This document shows positions 20,901 through 38,789 of a stretch of DNA of 64,000 nt, in pieces. The DNA is taken from the NCBI RefSeq assembly GCF_009914755.1, contig NC_060947.1; one strand, written 5' to 3'. The position numbers were made by a program, and so were the translations under genes. How positions within the stretch are numbered: the stretch's first letter is position 1; the number at the start of each line of letters is the position of its first letter. The notes beneath the pieces were generated by a model. The model worked only from the letters and a program-made list of their open reading frames with translations. It was not told where the DNA came from and made no database searches. This stretch comes from the human T2T-CHM13v2.0 reference genome, Homo sapiens.

Positions 20901-21851
20901 ATTGTGGAGAAGGAAGAAAATGAAACCTAGTGGCAGCCCTGAGACCAACTGCAGCAAGATGAGCTATTGCTCTTCCCACTAACCTCCTCTTCTAAGTCTT
21001 CCCTCAGGAAGAGAGGTTCACAGGAACTCTGAACAAGAACTCTGAAGTTAATCCAAGCAACACAAAGGATGGACTGTGGCAAGCATGGAGCTGCATAGCT
21101 CAGAGCTCCCATCAAGAAAGACTTTGCCATGGAACTATGAGGAGTGAAGTTAGCTTACAGCCTCAGGTTGCAGGACCTTCCAAGACTGGCTGCAGTATTC
21201 TTGACAAAACCATGCTTTCCCTGGGCAGCCTCCAGTCAATAACTAAGCAAGGTGGCAGTTCTAGGGCCTGGCCACTTCTGCCCAATGTGAGACTCTTTTA
21301 AGAGGCAGTCTTTCCTCCAGAACTCCCCACTGGGTTGAGACCAAGACTTTGTCATATTTGCCTCAAAGTCTAAGGCAACTCTGCCAAATTCTGTTTCCAC
21401 CCCTTATCCTTTCACATGTGTCAGATATGCATTGTAGTTTGAATGCCTTTCCTGCCCAATCTTGCTCTCTGCCCTTTTATCTTTCACAGGTATTAGCCAC
21501 AATCAACATCCTGCATTCCTAACTCCGTATTAGCATCTGCTTCCTAGAGGACCCAAATAGACACAATTAGCCACACACCACTGCCATCCACTTTGGGGAA
21601 ATTCTTCAGAATACACTTAATCAAGCATTTCAAGAGTCTCTTCATTATGATCAAAATGTTTTCAGCAAGTTCTTCAGTTTAATTCATAACTAGGAAAATC
21701 AGATAATGAAAACCATTTAATACCACAGCCTCACAATCTCCATCAAGGCATGTGTGCTGCCAGTTGCAGTGGCTCACACCTGTAATCCCAGCACTTTGGG
21801 AGGCCGAGGCAGGCAGATCACGAGGTCAGGAGATCGAGACCATCCTGGCTA

Positions 21852-22073
<222 letters not shown>

Positions 22074-22451
22074 CTACAGTTTTTACAATCACTGCATTCG
22101 GTTTATCTGGAAGGATAGAACACTGATGAAGCTTGTCATACAAGCATACATTTGGGCTGCGTAAAGTTAATCTTAATCATGCTTATGATCATTCAGATTA
22201 AGGGTTTTTGTTCCAGAAAGATACAAGATTTTTCTTGAAACTCAGTCAAGTGATGAATTTTCCTTAGGGAAGTCAGTGACTTCCTTGAGCAAAAGTAGTT
22301 ATTTATGGTCATTACCCTAACCTCATAACAAAGCTGGAAAAAAAAAACTTTAACATAACTGGCAAGCATTAAGTGCTTCTCATAACCTTCATGTGTAGCT
22401 CAGGTAGAGAGGGCTTTCTTGTGGTCAACAGTGTGTAGCTGTGTTAGTTAG

Positions 22452-23419
<968 letters not shown>

Positions 23420-24044
23420 TAGACTAGAATCTGCTGTGGTAACGAAGAAACCCTGAAATTTCAGTGGCTTAACCAAAGGTTGATTTTTCACTCACACAAA
23501 GTCCTATGAGATGGTTCCTGTATGAGCAACTCTCCAGGGTGGTTTTCCTCTGAGGGGTAAACCCAAGGATACAGGTTCCTTGCATCGTGTTCCACCATTT
23601 CAGAGTCCTTTGCTTCCTGCTGTACAAGAGCAAAGAGATTTATTAATAGCATGAAAAATCATGAAGGGTATTACATGGTTTAGGCCTAGAAGTGGCAGTT
23701 ATCAATCCTACACATGTTCCCTTGCCAAAACAAAACCACATGGTCCCATTTAGGCAAAAAGAAAGCTTGGAAATGTAAGGGAGCATGTGGATATTGGTGG
23801 ATAGTCTCTGGCATAATAGACTTTGCTTTTGATATAACAGCTTGAAAACATGAAACAAGCTCTAACGTTGGATTTACCTAAGCTTTCACACTCTTTATAG
23901 TTTATCCTGACACATCACCTTCAGTCTAAGTTATTCACATAAAGTCATCAATAAGCTTAAATTTCTTCTCTATCTCAATTAATTACATCACCATCCACCC
24001 ATTTGCTCAAGTGCAAAACTTAAAATTTATCTGTGTTTCTGCTA

Positions 24045-24447
<403 letters not shown>

Positions 24448-24886
24448 CTAAAGTGAAGATGGATTGGCAGAATTACCTGTGAAGTTATGCTCACAATGTC
24501 AGGTTCATTTAAAAAAAGAAAATAAAATAGAACGACCTATGAAGAGTATTTTAATATTTCCCTTTGCTCTAAGGCTGTGTTTTATACTAACTTCTTATTG
24601 CAGTGTGATAGCCCATTAAGACTTCCCTAAAGGGAAGAGGGTTCCCTGAATATCCTATGTGAGTATTCAGGTCTGCTTAACAGTTATAGTTCTCACTGTC
24701 AATTAATAAACTGACATTTTGGTTCATATATATCTGTAACTTATGAGTAGAATCATTCATTCATTCATATATTTAACAAATATTTATTGAGTGCCTAGTA
24801 GGCTACAGTTTTAAATGCCAAAAATATAGAAGTATACCAAACAGATAAAACCTCTGCCCTCACAGAGCTTACATCTTAGTAGGCTA

Positions 24887-25221
<335 letters not shown>

Positions 25222-26130
25222 TTAAGAAAAATATATAGTGTGTCAGATGGATAGTGGTAAATTCTATAGAAAACAAGAAAGCAGGGAAGGGGGACAGAAT
25301 GTACCAAGGTGGGGGTTACAATTTTAAACAGAGTATTCAGGCCTCACTGGGAAGAAGACATTTGAGCAAATCTCTGAAGGAGGTGAAGAAGCAACCATTC
25401 AGATGGCTATGGAAAAGCATTCCAGGCAGAAGAGACACCAAGCGCAGAGGCCTGAGGTGGGGAGTGCCTGGTTTGTTTATGGATCAGCAGAAAGGCCAGT
25501 GTGACTGAAGTAGAGTGAACACAGGAGAGAGTAGTGGCGAGGAGTCAGAGAGATAATGTGGGGGCAGTGGGGGGATGAGGGAAAGATTGTGTAGGGCCTT
25601 GCAGAGCAGTATTAGGATTTTGGATTTTTGAGATGTAGAGTCATTGGAGGGTTCCAAACAGTGAAGTGACACCATCTGACTTTCATGCTAAAAGGATCAA
25701 TTGGCCGTATGTGGTGGCTCACGCCTGTAATCCCAGCACTTTGGGCCGAAGTGGAAGGATCACGAGATCAGGAGTTCGAGACCAGCCTGGCCAACATGGT
25801 GAAACCCTGTCTCTACTAATACAAAAATTAGTCAGGTGTGGTGCTGTGCACCTGCAGTCCCAGCTACTAGGGAGGCTGAGGCACAAGAATTGCTTGAGCC
25901 CGGGAGCAGAGTTTGCAGTGAGCCAGGATCACAACACTGCACTCCAGCCTGGGTGACAGAGTAAGACTATGTCTCAAAAAAAAAAAAAAAAGTTTCCATT
26001 TGCCACGATGGGGAAGGCAAGGGAGGGACAGATTTGGTGGGGTAGATCAGGGGTCTCACTTGAGACACTTTATGATTGAGATGCATATGAAATATCTAAG
26101 TGGAGCTACTAAAGGGGCCTCTGAACATGG

Positions 26131-27886
26131 TGTGTCCGGAATTGGTGGGTTCTTGGGTCTCACTGACTTCAAGATTGAAGCCGCGGACCCTCGCGGTGAG
26201 TGCTACAGCTCTTAAGGTGGCGCGTCTGGAGTTTGTTCCTTCTGATGTTCGGATGTGTTCAGAGTTTCTTCATTCTGGTGGGTTCGTGGTCTTGCTGGCT
26301 CAGAAGTGAAGCTGCAGACCTTCGCGGTGAGTGTTACAGCTCTTAAAGAAGCACGTCTGGAGTTGTTCGTTCCTCCGGTGGGCTTGTGGTCTCGCTGGCT
26401 TCAGGAGTGAAGCTGTAGATCTTCCCAGTGAGTCTTACAGCTCATAAAAGCAGTGTGGACCAAAAGAGTGAGCAGTAGCAATAGCAAGATTTACTGCAAA
26501 GAGGAAAAGAACAAAGCTTCCACACTATGGAAAGGGACCCACGTGGCTTGCCACTGCTGGCTCCAGCAGCCTGCTTTTATTCTTTTATCTGGCCCCACCC
26601 ACATCCTGCTGATTGGTAGAGCCGAGTGGCCTGTTTTGACAGGGCACTGATTGGTGCATTCACAATCCCTGAGCTAGATACAAAGGTTCTCCACGTCCCC
26701 ATCAGATTAGTTAGACACAGAGTTTCGACACACAGGTTCTCCAAGGCCCCACCAGAGCAGCTAGATACAGAGTGTCAATTGGTGCATTCACAAACCTTGA
26801 GCTAAACACAGGGTGCTGATTGGTGTGTTTACAAACCTTGAGCTAGATACAGAGTGCTGATTGGTGTATTTACAATCCCTGAGCTAGACATAAAGGTTCT
26901 CCAAGGCCCCACCAGAGCAGCTAGATACAGAGTGTCCATTGGTGCACTCATAAACCTTGAGCTAAACACAGGGTGCTGATTGGTGTGTTTACAAACCTTG
27001 AGCTAGATATAGAGTGCCGATTGGTGTATTTACAATCCCTGAGCTAGACATAAAGGTTTTCCAAGGCCCCACCAGAGTAGCTAGATACAGAGTGTCCATT
27101 GGTGCATTCACAAACCCTGAGCTAGACACAGGGTGCTGATTGGAGTGTTTACAAACCTTGAGCTAGATACAGAGTGCCGATTGGTGTATTTACAATCCCT
27201 GAGCTAGACATAAAGACTCTCCACGTCCCCACCAGACTCAGGAGCCCAGCTGGGTTCACCTAGTGGATCCCGCACTGGGCCTGCAGGTGGAGCTGCCTGC
27301 CAGTCCCGCGCCGTGCGCTCGCATTCCTCGGTCCTTGGGTGATCGATGGGACTGGGCGCCATGGAGCAGGGGGTGGTGCTCGTCGGGGAGGCTCAGGCGG
27401 CACAGGAGCCCATGGAGTGGGTGGGAGGCTCAGGCATGGCGGGTTGCAGGTCCCGAGCCCTGCCCCGCAGGAAGGCAGCTAAGGCTCGGTGAGAAATCGA
27501 GCACAGTGCCAGTGGGCTGGCACTGCTGGGGGACCCAGTACACCCTCCGCAGCCACTGGCCCGGGTGCTAAGTCTCTCATTGCCCGGGACCAGCAGGGCT
27601 GGCCGGCTGCTCCCAGTGCGGGGCCAGCCAAGCCCACGCCCACCTGGAACTCCAGCTGGCCCGCAAGTGCCGCAGGCAGCCCCGGTTCCCGCTCGCGCCT
27701 CTCCCTCCACACCTCTCTGCAAGCTGAGGGAGTGGGCTCCAGCCTTGGCCAGCCCAGAAAGGGGCTCCCACAGTGCAGTGGTGGGCTGAAGGGCTCCTCA
27801 AGTGCCGCCAAAGTGGGAGCCCAGGCAGAGGAGGTGCCGAGAGCAAGCGAGGGCTCTGAGGACTGCCAGCAGGCTGTCACCTCTCA
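26131..27886 (-). mobile_element. LTR12C (ERV9) solo LTR
   Basis: Reverse complement runs TGAGAGGTGACAGC...CCAATTCCGGACACA. 4-bp TSD ATGG at 26127-26130 and 27887-27890. Internal tandem CCAAT-containing units. Confidence 0.95.
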
Positions 27887-27928
27887 ATGGGAGTCCAGAG
27901 TTCAGGGGAGAAGTCCAAACTAGAGATA

Positions 27929-28284
27929 CAGTAGTCCTCTCTTATCTGTAGGAGATCTGTCCCAAGATCCCTGGTGGACGCCTTAAAACATGGATAGTAT
28001 TGAACCCAATATATATACTGTTTTTTTTTCACCTGATAACCGAGAGAGCTACTAAGAGACCAACAGGCAGGTATCATGGACAACTTGGGTACAATGGACA
28101 GAGGGATGATTCACATCCCAGGTAGGACAAAGCAAGATTTCATCACACTACTCAGAATGGTGCATAATTTAAAACTTATGAATTGTTTATGTCTGGAATA
28201 TTCCATTTAATATTTGCAAACTGTAGTTGACCACAGGTAACTGAAACTGAGGAACATGAAACTTCAGATGAGGGAATACTACAG
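27929..28284. mobile_element. Tigger2-family (Tc1/mariner) non-autonomous element
   Basis: TIR-like ends 'cagtagtcctctcttatctg' / 'cagatgagggaatactacag' flanked by TA dinucleotides. Confidence 0.75.
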
Positions 28285-28847
28285 TATATATTTGGGAGTC
28301 ATCGGGACATAGATGACATTTAAACCCATGAGACTAAATGAGATCAGCATGGAAATCGGTTTAAATGGAGAAAAAGCTCAAGGAGTTAGCCTAGAGCACT
28401 CGAATATTTTAGAGGTCATGGAGATGAGGAAGAACCAACAAAGGAGACCAAGAAGGAGTGGCGGTAGTTATCAAGAGTCAGCCTTCTGAGCCTGCTGGCT
28501 GCAGGGTATCCTGATAAAGCTGAATTTCTGGATCTGCAGAGCTAAGAAATCAACAGCAGGGACCCTCACCAAGGTACTGCTGTCTGGAGAAGTCTAGCTA
28601 AGTAGTCAGTCAGTGTTTTCCTTTGATATCTTTTAAATGCAACAAAATCTGATGCAAATTATAGGCAAAAACATCAGGACGGCAATATTGTGGTAGATAT
28701 GGCTAGTCTCTTGTTTGGGGACAGACATTAAACACTACAGCCATGCATGCCACACTGGCAGGAGGAGCTCCACCTTGTGACCCTCCAACCAGGCCCTCAG
28801 GCCAACCTTGGAGAACACCCAGCAGAGACACTGAAAACCACTCCCAG

Positions 28848-29442
28848 TGAGGCAGGAGAATAGGGACTGGAGTTAAGGACCCTAAGGCCATTTCATGCTG
28901 ACTTCCTAGAACTAAATTGAAAGGAAAACCCTAACTTTCCACGCCTAAGTAACCAAAGGACCAGAGACTACTCCCTTTCCAAACCCCCACCTTTTCTGGA
29001 TGGCAGATGGGTAATTGAAAGTACCTCTCATTGGTTGCAAAAAGCAAAAGAGTGTAACTTTGCAAAGGAGTGTAACTTTGTAACTTCACTTTAGCCTCTG
29101 ATTGCTTGCACCAGTCAGATGTTTGCATAGGAGTGTGACCTTTGTAACTTCACTTCGCCTCTGATTGTGGGCCACCACTTCATTTACATGGGGTGAACAT
29201 CAAGTGGCCAATGGGAACTCTCTAGGGGTTATTTGGACCCAAGAAGATTCTGTATCCGGGGATCTTGAGCCGCTGCTCTGCCGCTCCCACACAGTGGAGT
29301 GCACTTTCATTTTCAATAAATCCCTGCTTTCATTCTTTCATTGCTTCATTCTTTCCTTGCTTTGCTGTGCATTTTGTCCAATTATTTGTTCAAAACTTCA
29401 AGAATCTGGACAGCTTGCAGTCAAGACCTTCTACTGATAACA
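28848..29442 (+). mobile_element. MER51A-like solo LTR
   Basis: TGAGGCAGGAGAATAGGG...TGATAACA; imperfect 4-bp TSD CCAG/CCAA; internal AATAAA. Confidence 0.85.
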
Positions 29443-31029
29443 CCAATGCCCCAATAGCAAAAGGCTACTGGCTCACTGCACCCCCTTTCATTGATGCTGC
29501 CAAATACCAACTGACCTAGAAGTAAAAGAACACTTTACACTCCAACTGCTGGACCTTATCAGCAGGTTAGGTTGAGAGAGATTTAAGTTAAGCTTAGCAC
29601 TCCAAGTCTATGATGGGTTAAATCCCAAAGCCTCAAATCTCTCAAGATATTCTTCCCCCATCCCTGCTGTAATTGAAACCTTGGCTGTCTGCTGACCCCT
29701 TTCAAGTGCGAGCTGTTTATTTTCTCATCCCCCCCACAGCTAAATGCCTCAGGGAGTGCCAGGAGGTGGAGCTCGAGCTCTCGTCGCTCCCCAAGACCAC
29801 TTTCTGATCTTTGTTCCTCCTCCCTCCTGAGAAATCTTTGGTTCTTCCTTGGCTCATGCTATCCGCTTGTATCATCCTCTCCCATTCCTGGTAGCAGTCT
29901 TCTATACCTTCCCAGTCACTACCCTCATTTGTGAAGAATTTAGTTCTGTACTCACAGTCTCTCTGTCCTCTTTGTCCCAGCTTCCCCTGTCATTCTCAGT
30001 GATTTCAACATTCACGTGGCCAATAACCCAGCGTGCACACCTCATGTTTCCTTGATCTGCCCATTGCAAATAACTACTGCCATTTTGGGACATACTTCAC
30101 AACCCAGAGCAGCAAGATGGGGCCTTGTATCTTGAAGGTTCATAAACTTCAATTAATTTTTTTCATTGGTACACCAGCACATGGTTTATAAAAGTTGACA
30201 ACTCTTTAGAACAGGAAATAGGTAAAAGTGTGTATTGTTTTTATTAGAAGTTGGGCCTGTGCTTCATTCTTTCTGTTTTGTTTTCTGTTAAACTCACCGT
30301 GGGTCAGTGATTACAAATGGGATTTTATTTTATTTTTATTTTTCAGAGATGAGGTCTTGCTGTGTCACTCAGGTTGGAGAGCATAGCTCACTAGGGCCTT
30401 GAACTCCTGGGATCAAGGGAGTCTCCCACCTCAGCCTCCACAATAGCTAGGACTACAGGTGCACACCACCACACTCAGCTAATTTTTAAAATTTTTTGTA
30501 AAGACGACATCTCACTATGTGGCCCAGGCTGGTCTCAAATTCCTGGCCTCAAGTGATCCTCCTGCTTTGGCCTCCCAAAGTGCTGGGATCATAGGCTGAG
30601 TCACCATGCCCAGCCTATAAATAGGATTTTTAAATGTCACAGTAGATGAAGATAAACCCCTAATGATCCAAAGATACATATGCACAAGGTCATTCATCAC
30701 AACATTGCTTAAAATTGCAAAATATTGGAAATAATATAAATGTCCATACATAGGTTTATAGTTGAATAAGCTATGGTACATCCATACAATAGAATACTAT
30801 GTGGCTGTAAAAAAAAAAGTGAGAAAACTCTCTACAAACTGAAGTGGAGTGACTTCTAAAATAAAGTTACAGTGAAAAAGCAAAGTGCCAAAGATATGTC
30901 TATAGAATGCTACCTTTTAGGTAGTAAATAAAAGGAAGCATTTTCATACAAACATCTGTACATGAATGTTCACAGCAGCATTATTCATAATAGCCAAAAA
31001 CCAGAATCAGACCATCAACGGATGAAGGG

Positions 31030-31710
<681 letters not shown>

Positions 31711-32354
31711 CTATGGAATACTACCCAGCAATCAAAAGGAAGAAACTATTGATGAACACAACATGGATAAATCTCAAAGGTATTGTGCTGAGTGGGAGAA
31801 GCCAGTCTCAAAAGGTAACATGCTATATGCTTCCATTTATATGACATTCTCAGAAGGCAACATGATAGAGATAGAGAACAAATCTGTGGTTGCCCAGGTG
31901 GGGGTTGGGGAGGCCTTGACTACAAAAGGGCAGCACATGAGAAGTTGGGAACAGCTCTGGATCCTTATTGTGGTAGTGGTCACACCAGCCTATACATGTG
32001 CTCAAATTCCTAGGACTCTACACCAAAATATGATGTGATTATGCTGCATATCAATTACAAAAAGTATAGTGGTGGAATTTGTGGTAAAAATGTTATGACT
32101 TTAATCGTAGGTCTTCAGATAGTTATTAGAGATGTATCACTCCAACACTTGGACCGTCTATTGGTATAAAAAAAAATACTGGCCAGGCACGGTGGCTCAC
32201 ACCTGTAATCCCAGCACTTTGGGAGGCTGAGGCGGGCAGATCACCTGAGGTCAGAAGTTTGAGACCAGCCTGACCAACATGGAGAAACCCCGTCTCACTA
32301 AAAAAACAAAATTATCCAGGTGTGGTGGTGCATGCCTGTAATCCCAGCTACTCA

Positions 32355-32658
<304 letters not shown>

Positions 32659-32878
32659 CTAGCTACTGCAGAGGCTGAGGTGGGGGTATCACTTAAACCC
32701 AGGAGTTGGAGGTTGCAGTGAGTTATGATCATGCCACTGCACTCCCGCCTGGGTGACACAGCGAGACCCTGTCTCTGAAAACAAACAAACAAACAAAAAA
32801 AAAAACAGCAGCAAAGAAACTAAAAGTATCATGCAACTCCCATGAAAAATAACTGAAATTTGGATTACCATGACCTGG

Positions 32879-33108
32879 TGTATTGGTCCATTTTCACACT
32901 GCTGATAAAGACATACCTGAGACTGGGCAACTTAGAAAAGAAAGAGGTTTAGTGGACTTACAATTCCATGTGGCTGGGGAGGCCTCATGATCATGTCGGA
33001 GGGCAAGGAGGAGCAAGTCACTTCTTACACAGATGGCAGCAGGCAAAGAGAGAGCTTGTACAGGGAAACTCCCATTTTTAAAACCATCAGATCTCGTGAG
33101 ACTTATCC
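32879..33108 (-). mobile_element. Truncated THE1A/B MaLR LTR
   Basis: 'tgtattggtccattttcacactgctgataaagacatacctgagactggg...aaaccatcagatctcgtgagactta'. Confidence 0.85.
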
Positions 33109-33109
33109 A

Positions 33110-33530
33110 CCTAGAATGGAAGGACATTTCATCATCACCTAAAGCTAAACACAACAGGCCAAAGGCAAAAGCTATGGAAACCACATTTTATAAGGTTGTA
33201 CTGAATTGCAAAGGTTAGACCTACTGAATTCATTGTTCACACACTTACCAAAACTGCTGCCAAAGACATAGTGAAAATGATGACTGGGAACAAAGCAAGT
33301 GTATTTGTCAAATATCACAGTTCTTTTTAAAATTACAGATGTGGCTGGAAACTTAAAATAGCAAATATCCAACTTCTGAGGAAGTTGATATTATTTGCTG
33401 CAAATTGATGAGTCTACTGATCTTGTGAATTTAGCTAATATTTTGGTATTTATCATATTTAACTTAAGCCACTTCATGAAGACATCATGTTCTGCCAATC
33501 TTTTGCAACTTGTACAACTGAAGAAGAGAT
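33110..33530 (+). mobile_element. Degraded hAT/Charlie transposase fragment
   Basis: LLQIDESTDLVNLANILVFI at 33395 matches the Charlie-type 'LQLDESTD' motif around the first catalytic Asp; surrounded by stops and frameshifts. Confidence 0.65.
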
Positions 33531-33709
33531 TTCCTTCTCTTCCTTCCTTCCTTCCTTCCTTCCCTCCTTCCTTCCTTTCATCTAACTAATGATTGCTGGG
33601 CACTAATGTGCCAGCCACCATTGCAGGTAACAAGGACACTGCTGTGAACAAGAGACAAGATCCCTTCCCTCATGGATCTTACATTCTGGTAGGTGGAAAC
33701 AGACAATAA

Positions 33710-34039
<330 letters not shown>

Positions 34040-34898
34040 TAGCCAGGATGGTCTCGATCTGACCTCGTGATCCGCCCGCCGCGGCCTCCCAAAGTGCTGG
34101 GATTACAGGCATGAGCCACCGCAACCGGCCGAGGAGGTAACATTTAAGTTGAGCTCTGAACGACAAAAAGAAATCAACTCTGCAAACTGGGGAAAGAACA
34201 TTCCAATCAGAGGAAGCAGCTAGAGCAGTGGTTCTCAACAAGAATAGCACCACCTCCTAGGAAGCATTTTGGAAATTTGCGGGGAAGAGTACCACAGTGA
34301 TTGGGGTATTCTGCTGGCATTTACTGGAGAAAGGCCAGGGAAGCTGCACATCTGCAATGCGTAAGACAGTCCTGCATCCTTCATGGCTCTCAAAGATCCC
34401 ATCAGACATTCATGTAGGTGGAAAACCTGTTTACAATTATCTGTGTCAAGAACTTAACTTTGCTTTACTGCTAAAGACAAAACATTTTTTGCACAGTGTT
34501 TTTGTACATGGCATTTTCCAGGATCGCAAGTACCATGTAAATAGAAGGAAGGTTGTATCTTGTTTGTTTCTTTCAGAACTTCATCAAGAGTTGTTTAACA
34601 TTAAAAAAAAAAAAAAGTTGCCGGCCAGCTGCAGCGGCTCATGCCAGCACTTTGGAAGGCCCAGGCGGGCGGATCACCTGAGGTCAGGAGTTCAAGACCA
34701 GCCTGGCCAACATGGTGAAAACCCATCTCTACTAAAAATACAAAAATTAGCCATTTGCCGGGTGTGGTGGTGGGCGCCTATAACCCCAGCTACTCAGGAG
34801 GCTGAGGCAGGAGAATCGCTGGAACTCAGGAGGCAGAGGTTGCAGTAAACCGAGATCGCGCCACTGCACTCCAGCCTGCACAACAGAGTGAGACTCCA

Positions 34899-34933
<35 letters not shown>

Positions 34934-34977
34934 GCCAAGGAAATAAAGATGTGTCATTAAAAGGAAAAAAAATCTCA

Positions 34978-35337
<360 letters not shown>

Positions 35338-35340
35338 TCA

Positions 35341-35779
<439 letters not shown>

Positions 35780-38700
35780 TCAATCTCCCTTCCACCTCTG
35801 TTCCCAAGTCTCCAGGTTTCCTTCCCCAAAGATAACCTGATTATCAGTTTTTTGGGTATCCTTCCAGAGGAATTATTTCTTTTCTGTTTCAAAGGAAGGA
35901 AAGAAGGAAGGTAAGAAGGAGGGAAGAGCGGAAAGGAGGAGAAAGCAACCCCATATAAATATTTATTGGTCTGAGCATGAAAAAAAAATATGAGGAAAAA
36001 CATTCACACACGCACCAAGCTCTTAACCGTGGTTACCTCAGGGCATGGGCAGGGGAACTTAACTTTCTTTAATACACTTCTGGACTATTTGTCTTGTTAC
36101 AACAGGTATAAACTACTTTATAATTTACAAATTTCCCAAAAAGTAAAAAATAAAAGAAAATTAGGAGAGCAGGAATCAATCAACATTAGTATAAATATAA
36201 CAAGATAAATTATATTCTAAGAAATACTAGCAAGTTAAACTAAAGTAATGTACTGAGAGATTTCAGTTGGTGAGAAGATAAACTGAAAAATGAAAGCTGG
36301 AGAATTTAAAAAACTGTTAGCATCTCCCAAGCCCTGACTGGGGCAACGAGAGGCTGCCTAGGGCTTAACTCTCAGCTGGCCACCTTTCTCCTTATATTGC
36401 AACATAACTTCTAAGATTTTTTTTTTTACTCACTGCCTCTTCCTTTTTAGTTATCATACATTTATTTTTAGCATAGCACCCCAATTTCACATCATGTACA
36501 TTTTCCAAAGTTGGAGCTTGTTAACCTACTATGCTCTCCACAGACTTTTCAACAAGTGTGAAAAAGAGGCAATAAGGTTGGCTTGAGTATACAAGTCACA
36601 ATCCAAATACAGGATATCCTCGGAGATTTATTTATGTTTAGGATGAATATACATAAGGTGCCCAATGCTAAGCAGATGAATGAGACTCTGGCTGAGTAAA
36701 ATATGAACACCTGGTTAGCACATGATCATGAAAAGACAGAAGGCATCCAATATATAGTTTGGTGTTATTCATTTTATGCTTCAGTGTACCTGCAGTGAAA
36801 AATATACATTTTACTTTCTTTTTTTTTGAGACGGAGTCTCGCTGTCACCCAGGCTGGAGTGCAGTGGCGTGATCTCGGCTCACTGCAGGCTCCGCCCTCC
36901 AGGGTTCACGCCATTCTCCTGCCTCAGCCTCCCAAGTAGGTGGGACTACAGGCGCCCGCCACCTCGCCCGGCTAATTTTTTGTATTTTCAGTAGAGACGG
37001 GGTTTCACCGTGTTAGCCAGGATGGTCTCGATCTCCTGACCTCGTGATCCGCCCGCCTCAGCCTCCCAAAGTGCTGGGATTATAGGCGTGAGCCACCGCG
37101 CCCGGCCATACATTTTACTTTCAAGGTTAAAATAGGCCAGGCGCGGTGGCTCATGCCTGTAATTTCGGCACTTTGGGAGGCCGAGGCAGGTGGATCATCT
37201 GAGGTCAGGAATTCGAGACCAGCCTGGCCAACATGGCGAACCCCATCTCTACTGAAAATACAAAAAAATTAGTTGGGTATGGTGGCACATGCCTGTAGTC
37301 CCAGCTACTTAGGAGGCTGAGGCAGGAGAATCGCTTGAACCTAGGAGGCAGAGGTTACAGTGAGCCAAGACCATGCCACTGCACTTCACCCTGGGCGACA
37401 GAGCGAGACTCTGTCTCAAAAAAAAAAAAACATAACTTGGCTGACCCAATCTCCATACAATGGGGTTATCACATGAAATGTTCCAGACCCATGAACTTCC
37501 TGAAAGAGCTTTAGAATCTTGTCCCGTTATCCAACAAAGGGCTTTAGGAAGTACCAGTACCCGAAGGTTTCCTTATTGTAATCCCCAAATTCCAATTCAA
37601 GCCCTTTTAAAGTCGGGGTCCTCCGGTCTTCAGAGTCATACATCTTTCTCAAGCTTCCCCCAGCCATCAAATTAGCTTACAACAAGACAGAAGAATTCAC
37701 AAAACATGAAAATAAGCATTCCCCAATTGTTGAGAGCAGAGTATGGCTTCTGCAACTAGAACAAGTTCTCACAGTCAAAACCTTGTAATGTCATACTCAA
37801 GTGAGATTGACAGTGAAAAATAAAAAAGGAGAAACCCTGCAATGCCTTTTAGAAAACGTTCCTATAGCATTGTGTGTTAGTAAATGTAAATAACTATACA
37901 AGCCTAAAAACAACTATGTACCCGGAACATCTTGCTCACACCAACAGACTGCTGACAGTTCCTTTCCTTGTAATTATTAGTGACATGGCTTTTTTAGAAA
38001 AAAAAGAGACAGAAAGAAATTCTGAAATTCTGAAATTTTTGAACTGATTAAAGAATCCTCGGATTCTGGCCAAGCCTCTCTTAGCCATTCTTTGCCTCTA
38101 TTGTTCTCTTAGCTTACAGAACCACTGAAAATGTCCCTACTGGAGTTAACTCTGCAGTCCTAGTAGACATATAGTGTAGCCGTTAGTGGAAACTGACATA
38201 AACCGCCCTAGATTTCAAACCGGTCTCTGCTTTGTAGGTAGCTGTGTGAGCCTGAGCAAGTCCTCTCTGTGTCTTGGTTTCCTCTCCTGTAAATGAATAC
38301 CTAATCAGAACTAACACATATAAACTGCTTACCCATACCAGTCATTGTTCATTAATCCTTACAACAACCCCTAGGAGGAAAAAATTATAATCTCTGTTTT
38401 ATAAAGCAACTGACACACAGAGAGGTTGAGTGACTTCCCCAAGGTCCCACAGCTGGTAAGCTGCAGAGCCAAGAATCTTACACAGGTTCAAGAGTCCAGA
38501 TTCAAGTCCCCACACCCACACAGCCTCTGTCAATGAGGACATACGTACTTAGGGCCGTTTTGAGGATTACATGAGAACGTCTGTAAAGCCCAGTACTTGA
38601 CAAGTGCCTGAGAGATAGCAACTGTGGTTGTTAGAATTTTTTACCTTCTGCACTGGGAAACCATCAAGGCTTTTTGGTTAGGCAGGAAAAAAAAATGGGT

Positions 38701-38789
38701 TGGAGGCAAGAGGAGGAGGAGGGAAGCGCCAGGGGAGGAAGACAGAGAAGTGGCACGTGAAAGGGAGAAAAGGGGCAAACCAGAGGAGA

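Noticed and set aside
26640-27923. Tandem repeats and 100-144 aa ORFs
   Set aside because: Normal internal structure of LTR12C; neither CRISPR nor coding.
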